Of a DNA stretch of 24,000 bases, positions 13,853 through 21,525 are shown one piece after another. The number at the start of each line of letters is the position of its first letter. Position 1 is the stretch's first letter. Both the position numbers and the translations under genes were made by a program. The notes below the pieces were generated by a model that saw nothing but the letters and a program-made list of their open reading frames with translations, had not been told where the DNA came from and did no database searches. Origin of the DNA: an uncultured Candidatus Bathyarchaeia archaeon (GTDB lineage Archaea > Thermoproteota > Bathyarchaeia > Bathyarchaeales > Bathyarchaeaceae). Location: NCBI GenBank assembly GCA_964655075.1, contig CAZZLD010000005.1:117741-141740 (forward strand). Direction: 5' to 3'.

Positions 13853-15151
13853 CTAGATGATTTCTGCGGCTAGGTATGTTGAGAAAGCCTTGTTAACTTT
13901 GACTTGGAGGAATTTGCCCAATATGTTCTTTTTGCTTTTTATCACCACAGGTTTGTAGGCAAAGTTTCTTCCTATCCAAGAACCGTTCCGTCCCTTTTCG
14001 TCCACGATTATTTCGCCCTTCCACCCAAGCCAACCTTGATTCCTTTCAAAACAGATTCTCCTGAAAAGCGTGGTCATTCTTTTGCTTCTTTCATTTACTT
14101 CCCGCCTCGGAAGTTGCTCCATGTCTTCTGCAGTGGTTTTCGGTCTGGGAAAGAACTTTGAGATGTTAAGAACCTCAGGCTTTATCTCCGTTATCAGCTT
14201 CATAGACTGTTCAAATGCCTGTTCGCTTTCGTTGGGAAAACCGCAAATTATGTCAGTAGCAACCGTGATTTTCGGAATTTCCTCCCTGAAGGAGGCTACG
14301 ATGTTTTTGAAGGTTTCCACTGAGTAGGGTCGGTTCATAAGTCTCAGAATACCGTTGTCTCCGCTCTGAACAGGCATGTGCAAAAACTTGAAGACCTTTT
14401 CATTTCGGTAAATCCTGATTAAGCGGGGCAATATTTCCGACAGATGCGTAGGATTCATCATCCCGACTCTAACGAAGAATTTTCCTTCAATTTCACAGAT
14501 TTCCTCGAGTAGACTTGCTAAGTCTGTTCCGAGGTCAGCGCCGTAGGCGCCGGTGTCTTGAGCGGTTATCCAAATCTCCCTCGCGCCATCTTTGACCGCT
14601 TTTTCAACTCCACTAACAACGGTTTTTTTCGGATAGGAGAAGAGCCTACCTCGGGCGAAACGGACGCAACAGTAGGCACAAGCGCCTGTGCAGCCCTCAG
14701 CTATCTGCATTATTTCCACAAACCTGTTGGTTCTAACCTTGGGCAACTTCGGTTTGATTGTGGGCTTTTCTGAGAAGAAAATCTTGTTTCTTCCTCCAGC
14801 TTCAGCTTCCTTTACCGCCAAGAGAATTCTGTCAACAGATTGCGGGTCAATGAGAGCCGAATAGTTTGGAGCCGTTCGTTGAATAGCGGGTAAATTGATT
14901 TTAGGTAGGCATCCGGTGATGACTAAGGGTTTGTTTAACTGGCTTAGGAAATGCAGCCGCCAGAGGATTCTGTCCTCGGTTTGTTTCTTAACGCCGCAGG
15001 TGTTGACGAGGAGAACGTCCGCTGACTCAGGTGAACCACTCAGGTGGTATCCTGCCTCTTTTAAGTAAGCCAGCATGACCTCGAGGTCGTATCTGTTGGC
15101 GGTGCAGCCGTAATTTTCAACGTAGATGCAGGTTTCTCGGATGTTCATCAC
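13853..15151 (-). CDS. Radical-SAM tRNA methylthiotransferase, archaeal MiaB-like (e-MtaB/CDKAL1-type)
   Basis: N-terminal UPF0004 domain 'YVENYGCTANRYDLEVM...LLVNTCGV', radical SAM 'EGCTGACAYCCV' (CxxxCxxC) and a C-terminal TRAM-like segment. Length is 432 aa. Confidence 0.92.
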   Translation of the reverse strand: MMNIRETCIYVENYGCTANRYDLEVMLAYLKEAGYHLSGSPESADVLLVNTCGVKKQTEDRILWRLHFLSQLNKPLVITGCLPKINLPAIQRTAPNYSALIDPQSVDRILLAVKEAEAGGRNKIFFSEKPTIKPKLPKVRTNRFVEIMQIAEGCTGACAYCCVRFARGRLFSYPKKTVVSGVEKAVKDGAREIWITAQDTGAYGADLGTDLASLLEEICEIEGKFFVRVGMMNPTHLSEILPRLIRIYRNEKVFKFLHMPVQSGDNGILRLMNRPYSVETFKNIVASFREEIPKITVATDIICGFPNESEQAFEQSMKLITEIKPEVLNISKFFPRPKTTAEDMEQLPRREVNERSKRMTTLFRRICFERNQGWLGWKGEIIVDEKGRNGSWIGRNFAYKPVVIKSKKNILGKFLQVKVNKAFSTYLAAEII

Positions 15152-15272
15152 ACAGGAAGGTAAATGGACCTTCTAATAAAAACTATATGGCACACCCCGC
15201 TTTCAACTCAACACGCAAAAAAAGGGCGTACTGCGCATTTTAGGGCTAAAAACGGGTCTAATCGGATTTTAA

Positions 15273-15292
15273 CCCGTGAAACGGGCTTTTTT
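15273..15292 (+). other. Orphan hairpin (CCCGT-GAA-ACGGG) followed by C+T6; intrinsic-terminator-like element with an alternative upstream pairing partner
   Basis: Read directly: 15273-15277 pairs with 15281-15285, and a T6 run spans 15287-15292. ACGGGT at 15252-15257 can pair instead with ACCCGT at 15272-15277. Confidence 0.25.
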
Positions 15293-15426
15293 GATGCGTT
15301 AAAATTAAGAAAATGTTCGGGTTCTTTAAGGGGTTTACTTTACATAAAGTTGCAAATGGTTTTAGTTGGATTTTGGGAAAGGTTTATTAAGGAAGTCTTT
15401 TTCATATTTAAATCATATTTATTTCT

Positions 15427-15446
15427 AAATATAATGCAATATATAC
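15427..15446 (+). promoter_or_regulatory. AT-rich TATA-box candidates (AAATATAA / AATATATAC) upstream of cdrS-ftsZ
   Basis: They lie 40-60 nt upstream of the ATG at 15486. A GGTGAT SD-like motif sits at 15475-15480. Confidence 0.3.
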
Positions 15447-15485
15447 TTGTCAGCAACATGGAGAGAGTACCACAGGTGATAAGAA

Positions 15486-15653
15486 ATGAGATTAATAACC
15501 TTACATCTACCCGAAACCTATATACAGGCGCTAGATCAGTTGGTGGACAGTCGTTATTATCCCAACAGGGCCGAAGCCATCCGGATAGCTGTCCGCGATC
15601 TGTTGAGCGATGAAGTCTGGAGAAGGGAATTTGTAAATGCAAATAGCAGATAA
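15486..15653 (+). CDS. cdrS: CdrS-like ribbon-helix-helix protein (55 aa) immediately upstream of and overlapping ftsZ
   Basis: MRLITLHLPETYIQALDQLVDSRYYPNRAEAIRIAVRDLLSDEVWRREFVNANSR shows the RHH pattern with 'PNR(S/A)EAIR.AVRDLL'. An in-frame TAA lies 2 codons upstream of the ATG. The 3' end overlaps the ftsZ ATG by 17 nt. Not in the ORF track. Confidence 0.75.
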   Translation: MRLITLHLPETYIQALDQLVDSRYYPNRAEAIRIAVRDLLSDEVWRREFVNANSR

Positions 15654-16749
15654 GGCGCTTCAGTCCGTTTGGCCTGAAGCGGTCCACGAGGGGATCCGTG
15701 AACCCGGCTACTGCCGCATAGCGGTTCTCGGCGTTGGTGGCGCAGGAAACAACACCGTTAACCGCCTAATGGAAACAGGAATCGCAGGAGCCGAGTGTGT
15801 CGCTATAAACACGGACATCCAGCATCTCAACGCTGTGCACGCAGCCCACAAGGTTCTGATCGGGGAGAAAACCACTAGAGGCTTGGGGTCCGGAGGAGAC
15901 CCGAAGATCGGAAGAGCCTCAATAGAAGAGTCAATTGAAAAAGTTGACAGCCTACTCACCGACGTTGACATTGCGTTCATTACTGCAGGAATGGGCGGCG
16001 GAACTGGCACAGGAGCTGCTCCTGTAGTGGCTGATCTGGCCCGACGCAAAGGCGCAATCGTGGTCGGAGTCGTCACCACGCCCTTCAAAATCGAAAGGGG
16101 AAGAGGCTGGTATGCAGCGCAGGGATTGAACGCCATGAGGAGAGCCTGCGACACGGTGGTAGTAATTGACAACAACAAGCTTATGGAGGCGGTTCCTCAC
16201 CTACCGTTGATTGAAGCTTTCGGCGTTGCAGACAGCGTTCTGTCAAACATGATCAAGGGCATAGCGGAAACCATATCGGCGCCGAGCCTTATCAACTTGG
16301 ACTTCGCCGACTTTAGAACCATAGTGAAGATGGGCGGAGTAGCCGTAGTTGGCATAGGAGAGTCAGACGCGCCGAACAGGGCGGAGGAAGCCGTTAGAAA
16401 CGCTTTGAGGAGTCCTCTGCTGAACATTGACTATGCGGGAGCAAAAGGGGCGTTGATCCACGTTTCTGGAGATGACGAAATGAGCATAGAGGAAGCAAAC
16501 CGAGTAGCGGAGATCATAACCGGAACCATGGGCGACGACTCCCTCGTCATCTGGGGCGCGAGGGTAGATCCAGCACTAGCAGGAGTCTTAAGGGTAACTA
16601 TGGTCATAACTGGCGTACATTCGCCCGACATGCTGAGCGGCTTCGGAACCATGCCGCCAAAAATCTTCGACTTAGATCCAACCGCCGACTCCGAGGAACC
16701 ACTAAATCTGGACTTGAACCTTGATCAACTTGAAAAAACTAGGCCCTAA
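15637..16749 (+). CDS. ftsZ: Cell division protein FtsZ (tubulin homolog)
   Basis: 'IAVLGVGGAGNNTVNRL', tubulin signature 'GMGGGTGTGAAPVVA', and 'TPF.FEG' as 'TTPFKIERGRG'. Confidence 0.97.
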   Translation: MQIADKALQSVWPEAVHEGIREPGYCRIAVLGVGGAGNNTVNRLMETGIAGAECVAINTDIQHLNAVHAAHKVLIGEKTTRGLGSGGDPKIGRASIEESIEKVDSLLTDVDIAFITAGMGGGTGTGAAPVVADLARRKGAIVVGVVTTPFKIERGRGWYAAQGLNAMRRACDTVVVIDNNKLMEAVPHLPLIEAFGVADSVLSNMIKGIAETISAPSLINLDFADFRTIVKMGGVAVVGIGESDAPNRAEEAVRNALRSPLLNIDYAGAKGALIHVSGDDEMSIEEANRVAEIITGTMGDDSLVIWGARVDPALAGVLRVTMVITGVHSPDMLSGFGTMPPKIFDLDPTADSEEPLNLDLNLDQLEKTRP

Positions 16750-17401
16750 ACCCCTCTTTCACAGCCATAAAACTCTTTTTTAACCTTAAAGCCCAAGGTT
16801 TCGCCTTTCCCTGAGGAACAGTTGCGCCTCTTCTTATAGCTTCAATTATTTCATCGGTTTCTGGATCAGCATCAATCAGCGTGTAAGCCATACCGATTGT
16901 CTCAGGCATGTGAGAGTCGCTTCCAGCCGTTTGAGGAAGATTGAAGCGAACAGCAAGGTTCCGGCTGAGACGTGTAGAAAAGGCGAAAGGAAAAGTTGCT
17001 GAATTAATCACCTCAATCGCGTCTAAGTTCAAACGCTCAAGCGTTCGGGGGTTCCAGCCGATACGCAGAAGCGCTATAGGATGAGCAGCTACGGCTATTC
17101 CACCTTCCTCGTGAATTCTCTCGATAATCTCAGGGCGGCTCAACTTCGAAGGGATAGGCTTGGTCACGTTGAGGGCAAGCAGATGACCGTGGGAAGTTTC
17201 TATCTCAATGCCCGGAATAACGATTAGTCCCTTAACTTTGCTTAGCCGGAGGGCGCCAGCAACCGTCCCGTGATCTGTTATGGCGACCCCGTCTAAGCCC
17301 TGCTTCTTCGAAAAGGCTACAACCTCTTTGAGGGTGGTTACGCCATCGCACGAATAGCATGTATGAACGTGCAGGTCGATTTTGAGGGGTGCATCGCTCA
17401 C
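16739..17401 (-). CDS. PHP (polymerase/histidinol phosphatase) domain metal-dependent phosphoesterase
   Basis: 'IDLHVHTCYSCDG', 'ITDHGT' and 'AAHP' PHP motifs. The GTG start overlaps the metG stop (GTGA). The 3' end overlaps the ftsZ 3' end by 11 nt, convergently. Confidence 0.9.
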   Translation of the reverse strand: MSDAPLKIDLHVHTCYSCDGVTTLKEVVAFSKKQGLDGVAITDHGTVAGALRLSKVKGLIVIPGIEIETSHGHLLALNVTKPIPSKLSRPEIIERIHEEGGIAVAAHPIALLRIGWNPRTLERLNLDAIEVINSATFPFAFSTRLSRNLAVRFNLPQTAGSDSHMPETIGMAYTLIDADPETDEIIEAIRRGATVPQGKAKPWALRLKKSFMAVKEGFRA

Positions 17402-19254
17402 CTTATCTTGCTCCCGACTTTCACGGTTTTCTCCGGTTTAAGTAGAGAAACACCTTTTTCGTCTTCCGCGGCTAAGATCATAACCTCCGATTCGACGCCG
17501 AAGACGTGCCTCGGCTGAAGATTAGTCACAACCGCAACCTGTATTCCCTGAAGCTGTTCAGGAGCATAAAATCGGGCGATGCCCGCTACAGCCTGTTTTG
17601 TTTCGCCTTCGCCGATGTCGATGGTTAGCTTAACGAGGTTTTTGGATTTGGAAATAGCCTCTGCCTTCACGATTTTGCCTATTCGAAGGTCTAACTTCGA
17701 GAAATCTTCAAACGAAACTTTTTCTGGAATTGACACTTTTCTTTTCTCCTTTGTTGGCACTTCCTTTCTGATATCTTCTATTTTTTTGAACAGTGGTTTA
17801 GGCTTGTTTATTTTGTGTCCGCTTTTAATAGTTATTTGTGCTGTTGAGTCCCACTTTTGTTTGTGGACAGAATTTGCCAAGTTTAATTGATGCCACAGGT
17901 TTTCAGCTGAAGATGGAAGATACGGTTCAAGCAAAACAGCCAAGTTTCTGACGGCGTTTACGCAGAGAAACAAACATGTATTAGCCTTCTCTTTTCTAGC
18001 CCAAGGTTGCTTCTGTTGGAAGTATCGATTACAGAAACTTGAGAATCCCAAAATTTTGTTTAATCCTCGATCTAATCGTATGTTCTCTAACTCCTTAGAA
18101 ACCTTTGCGCCAAGAGCCTTGATCTGTCCTTCAAATTCTTTATCCGACGCGTCATATTCTTCTGCTTCAGGCACTTTTCCGTCGAATCTAGTCCAGATGA
18201 AAGTCAGCGTTCTGTGAATAAAATTCCCGACATTGTCAACCAATTCGTTATTGAATCGACTCTTCAAGCTCTCCTCGGAGAAGTCGCCGTCCTCCCCGAA
18301 GGCAACTTCTCTGAACAGAAAATATCTAAGGGCGTCAACAGAATACTTTTCAGCCAAATACAGAGGGTCTATCGCGTTGCCTAAGCTCTTGCTTATTTTC
18401 TGGCCATTAATAGTTAAGAATCCGTGGGCAAAGACTGTTTCGGGCAAATCGTAACCGGCACTCAGCAGCATTCCAGGCCATATAATCGCGTGGAACCGCA
18501 AGATGTCTTTAGCTATAAATTGTACCTTCGCTGGCCAATATTCTCCAGCAACCAGATAGTTCACTAAAGCATCAAACCAAACCCAAAAACGGTGCTTACT
18601 ATCAATCGGTAATTCAATTCCCCACTCAAGATTAGGCCTAGAGATGCTGATGTCTCTGAGGCCCTCTTTAATGAAGCTAACCACTTCGCTTCTTCGAGCT
18701 TTCGGCTGGATAAAATCAGGGTTTTCCTCGATGTATTTCAACAGTTTTTCTTGATACGCAGATAATTTGAAGAAATAGTTCTCTTCCTTTATGACCTTCG
18801 GAGCTTTTTTATGTAAAGCGCATTTGCCGTCCACTAAGTCACTTTCAGTTAGAAAAGCTTCGCAGCCTTCGCAATACAGGCCTTTGTACTTTCCTTTGTA
18901 GATGTCTCCCTTCTCGTAGACACGCAAGAAGAACTTCTTAACGTTCTCCTTGTGCCTATTCTCAGTCGTTCTGATGAAATCGTCATTGCTTATGTCTAAG
19001 GTTCTCCAAGCGTTTTTCCATTTTTCAGCCATAGAATCCGCATATTTTTGAATATCCTTGGCCCCTCGTTCTTTGGCTGCCTGCACAGTCTTTGCTGAAT
19101 TCTCATCTAAGCCTGTGAGAAAATATACATCGTCTCCTCTGAGTCGGTACCATCTAGCTAAGATATCCGCAGCCACGGTTGTGTAAGTATGCCCGATATG
19201 AGGCACGTCATTCACGTAATAAATCGGCGTAGTTACAAGCACCTTATCCTTCAA
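17398..19254 (-). CDS. metG: Methionine--tRNA ligase with a C-terminal EMAP/Trbp111-like tRNA-binding domain
   Basis: 'TTPIYYVNDVPHIGHTYTTV' (HIGH), 'KISKSLGN' (KMSKS), a CxxC..C knuckle 'CEGCEAF...DGKCALH', and the C-terminal 'DLRIGKIVKAEAISKSKNLVKLTIDIGE'. The start is set at TTG 19254 (MKDKVLVTTPIYY). The tracked ORF extends to ATG 19425. Confidence 0.95.
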   Translation of the reverse strand: MKDKVLVTTPIYYVNDVPHIGHTYTTVAADILARWYRLRGDDVYFLTGLDENSAKTVQAAKERGAKDIQKYADSMAEKWKNAWRTLDISNDDFIRTTENRHKENVKKFFLRVYEKGDIYKGKYKGLYCEGCEAFLTESDLVDGKCALHKKAPKVIKEENYFFKLSAYQEKLLKYIEENPDFIQPKARRSEVVSFIKEGLRDISISRPNLEWGIELPIDSKHRFWVWFDALVNYLVAGEYWPAKVQFIAKDILRFHAIIWPGMLLSAGYDLPETVFAHGFLTINGQKISKSLGNAIDPLYLAEKYSVDALRYFLFREVAFGEDGDFSEESLKSRFNNELVDNVGNFIHRTLTFIWTRFDGKVPEAEEYDASDKEFEGQIKALGAKVSKELENIRLDRGLNKILGFSSFCNRYFQQKQPWARKEKANTCLFLCVNAVRNLAVLLEPYLPSSAENLWHQLNLANSVHKQKWDSTAQITIKSGHKINKPKPLFKKIEDIRKEVPTKEKRKVSIPEKVSFEDFSKLDLRIGKIVKAEAISKSKNLVKLTIDIGEGETKQAVAGIARFYAPEQLQGIQVAVVTNLQPRHVFGVESEVMILAAEDEKGVSLLKPEKTVKVGSKIR

Positions 19255-19435
19255 CACAACCACATCTGAGATTTTGGTGAGCGTGGTACACTTCCGAGCT
19301 TTGATTTTGTGAATAATGACTTCGCCTCTTGTACTTAAAGCCAACGCAGTCGGTTGAAGTGCTGTGAGTGAGATAAGACAGATGCCTTCAATTTTGCATG
19401 TTTTGCAGATGTGACATTGAGGCATAAGTTACGGA

Positions 19436-19588
19436 GTGAGCATAACAAGGGATAAAATCCAAGATTTGATCAGCTTCCTTAAGCGGAAAAGCGAAGAAAG
19501 AACGCTCACTCTTGTTTACGCGGCTTGGGATGAGAAACATGACAGTGCAGTGGCTCTTAAAACGTTCCTTGAAGGCCATGTTGAATAA
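19436..19588 (+). pseudogene. C-terminal remnant of a DUF488/YeaO-family gene (50 codons)
   Basis: 'RDKIQDLISFLKRKSEERTLTLVYAAWDEKHDSAVALKTFLEGHVE' resembles the C-terminus of E. coli YeaO as I remember it ('...LADIAKKQPLTLLYSAKNTTQNHALVLADWL'). An in-frame TGA lies 6 codons upstream of the GTG. No intact N-terminal half is found in any frame. Confidence 0.5.
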
Positions 19589-19946
19589 CACGTGTTCCGG
19601 GCGCCGTAAGAATATTGTATATAGCTGAAAAACGAGATTATGAACGTAATTTGTGCAAATTTGGTGCGGGGGGTTAGGTTTGGACATCGGTTTAGATTCT
19701 CGGTTTGATCGGATCAGAAACTTGCTAGAGCGTTAAGCATCGAGGCATTGTCAGTTTGATGATTGACAAGAGAAAAAGGATTCGGATTTCTCGCGCATCT
19801 GCAGACCTGTGTGGACTATAAAAGGCTAAAATGGCTTGTTTTTACAAAAAAAGTTAGATACTTGTACTAATTTCCTTAAAAGCTCCAAAACTTAGATGTC
19901 TGTACCATAACGCCTTAATTATGCCGTGTTTTTACTTCTACTGTAA

Positions 19947-20408
19947 ATGGTGACGGAGGTGAAAAGCACGAAAGCATGGAAAAAGGCATTACCTATTCTT
20001 GCTATTGCTCTAGTCTTAGTTCCTGGTCTATTCTTTGTAGCTCATGCACAGACGTCGACAGCGACGCCGACGGCAGCAAACCCTAACAATAACGTGAACG
20101 AGCAGTATCCCAATTATACTGGTTCCGTAAAGGCTCCAGAGAACGCTACAGATCAACAGCTTGCAGCTCTAGCGACAATCAGTCCGGACCAGGCAAAGGC
20201 TTCAGCTCTCAAAGACCCAACGGTTGCTGGAGGCACGGTTACAAGCGTTTCACTGGACGATGAAAACGGAAACTTGGTGTACTCGGTGGAGATTGCTAAA
20301 GGCTCAACCAGTTATGACGTGAAAGTCGATGCTGGAACTGGAGGCGTATTGTTTATCGACCAAGGCATCGAGAATGAAGTCGGCGCTGTAGAAAATTTAG
20401 AAGACTAG
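19947..20408 (+). CDS. Secreted or membrane-anchored PepSY domain protein
   Basis: N-terminal signal/anchor 'ALPILAIALVLVPGLFFVAHA', then 'ISPDQAKASALKDP..GGTVTSVSLDDENGNLVYSVEIAKGSTSYDVKVDAGTGGVL', a PepSY pattern. Confidence 0.8.
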   Translation: MVTEVKSTKAWKKALPILAIALVLVPGLFFVAHAQTSTATPTAANPNNNVNEQYPNYTGSVKAPENATDQQLAALATISPDQAKASALKDPTVAGGTVTSVSLDDENGNLVYSVEIAKGSTSYDVKVDAGTGGVLFIDQGIENEVGAVENLED

Positions 20409-20475
20409 CAATGACAATTGAGCCCAAAGCATTAATTTCCCTTTTTTTCTAGTACATTAACGGAGCCGATAATGT

Positions 20476-21027
20476 TTGAAGAAAACCTCTGGAACGAGGA
20501 AGAAAATCTATGACTACATACAAGAACATCCTGGCTCGCATTTACGTGAGATCGGGAGGAACCTAGACTTGGCGATTGGCGACATACAGTATCAATTGAA
20601 CGTTTTAGAGAAGGCAGGTCACGTTGTTTCTAAGAGAATGGGAATTTACAAACGTTTTTATTTAAGCAAGATGTTTGGTGAAAGGCAGAAAGACATTGTA
20701 GGAACATTGTCGCAAGAGACTCCAAGAAAAATTTTGCTTTTGCTACTGCATAAGCCTGGCGCTGGTCACGGAGAAGTTGCAAGGTTTGCAAAAGTGTCGG
20801 CTCCAACTGTGACATGGCACATGAAAAGGTTGATTGATGAAGGATTAGTTGAGGTGCATCGTGAGGGACGAAACGTGAAGTATTACATCAGTGGTTCTGC
20901 TGGGGACATTGAAAAGGTTATGAAGAGCTATCACCCAATGTTCTGGGAGAGGTGGGCGGATAGGTTTGCAGAGGTCTGGTTAGACCTATCAACCTACAAG
21001 AAGAAGGAGGAACGAGAGAGTGTTTGA
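20476..21027 (+). CDS. Transcriptional regulator with two tandem winged-helix (ArsR/MarR-like) domains
   Basis: wHTH 1 is 'IYDYIQEHPGSHLREIGRNLDLAIGDIQYQLNVLEKAGHVVSKR'. wHTH 2 is 'ILLLLLHKPGAGHGEVARFAKVSAPTVTWHMKRLIDEGLVEVHREGRNVKYYI'. TTG start. Confidence 0.8.
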   Translation: MKKTSGTRKKIYDYIQEHPGSHLREIGRNLDLAIGDIQYQLNVLEKAGHVVSKRMGIYKRFYLSKMFGERQKDIVGTLSQETPRKILLLLLHKPGAGHGEVARFAKVSAPTVTWHMKRLIDEGLVEVHREGRNVKYYISGSAGDIEKVMKSYHPMFWERWADRFAEVWLDLSTYKKKEERESV

Positions 21028-21319
21028 AGGACTTGACATAGCAGAGCTGCTTAAACTAGGCTCAGGATTATTTGCTCTTATTCTTCTATTCATATCGCTA
21101 CTAGCGTACTACAGAAGCAGGCAAAGAAGGCTCCTCTTTGTTTCAGGCGCATTCGGTCTTTATTTCATTAAGATAATCATTGAACATCTAGACCTTTTCA
21201 TTCCTAATATAGAAACTTCGTTCTTGGACTTGCTTTTGGCATTCATCGACTTCATCATACTCTTACTGTTTTTCCTTGCCATAGTAAAAAGCGATAGAAA
21301 AGGTGCGACGTCTTCATGA
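21020..21319 (+). CDS. Small integral membrane protein (about 3 TM), unknown function
   Basis: GTG at 21020 is preceded by GGAGG with a 9-nt spacer and overlaps the regulator 3' end by 8 nt. Three hydrophobic segments are present. Confidence 0.65.
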   Translation: MFEGLDIAELLKLGSGLFALILLFISLLAYYRSRQRRLLFVSGAFGLYFIKIIIEHLDLFIPNIETSFLDLLLAFIDFIILLLFFLAIVKSDRKGATSS

Positions 21320-21525
21320 GAAATGCTAATGATTCTTTTCCTACATGTTCTGAGCTGGCGCTTCTCCATAAATTGGTTAACAGTACTAAATTATGTGGAG
21401 GTTCAAAATTTTTGAGGTTGAGAGTAACGCGCACGAACTGGACGGCCCAGAACATCAGCATGGTGTATACATGTTCAGCGAAAAAGTTGCTACAGAAGGC
21501 TTTGTTTGAAGGGCAAAAGAGATAA
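21316..21525 (+). CDS. Hypothetical 69-aa basic protein, supported only by translational-coupling geometry
   Basis: The start overlaps the upstream stop (ATGA at 21316-21319), and the stop overlaps the DedA start (TAATG at 21523-21527). No recognisable domain. Competing antisense ORFs exist. Confidence 0.4.
   Translation: MRNANDSFPTCSELALLHKLVNSTKLCGGSKFLRLRVTRTNWTAQNISMVYTCSAKKLLQKALFEGQKR

Noticed and set aside
15164-15687. Tracked ORFs 15164..15613 (+) and 15340..15687 (-)
   Set aside because: Both run through AT-rich promoter DNA with no motifs. The real coding signal is the CdrS-like RHH in a third frame (15486..15653).
15708-16652. Four minus-strand ORFs inside ftsZ
   Set aside because: They are shadow ORFs of the GC-rich, Gly/Ala-rich FtsZ frame.
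19255-19425. 57-codon N-terminal extension of metG (MPQCHICKTCKIEGIC...) with a CxxCxxC pattern
   Set aside because: MetRS enzymes normally begin a few residues before 'TTPIYY', and TTG 19254 gives MKDKVLVTTPIYY. Using ATG 19425 would leave only 10 nt to the divergent DUF488-like ORF. I cannot exclude the extension without alignments.
19388-19687. 99-aa minus-strand ORF
   Set aside because: It has no motif and is antisense to the DUF488-like remnant, which has recognisable similarity.
19750-19830. Possible C/D-box sRNA, suggested by UGAUGA at about 19757
   Set aside because: No CUGA D or D' box lies at an appropriate distance on that strand, and there are no terminal complementary ends.
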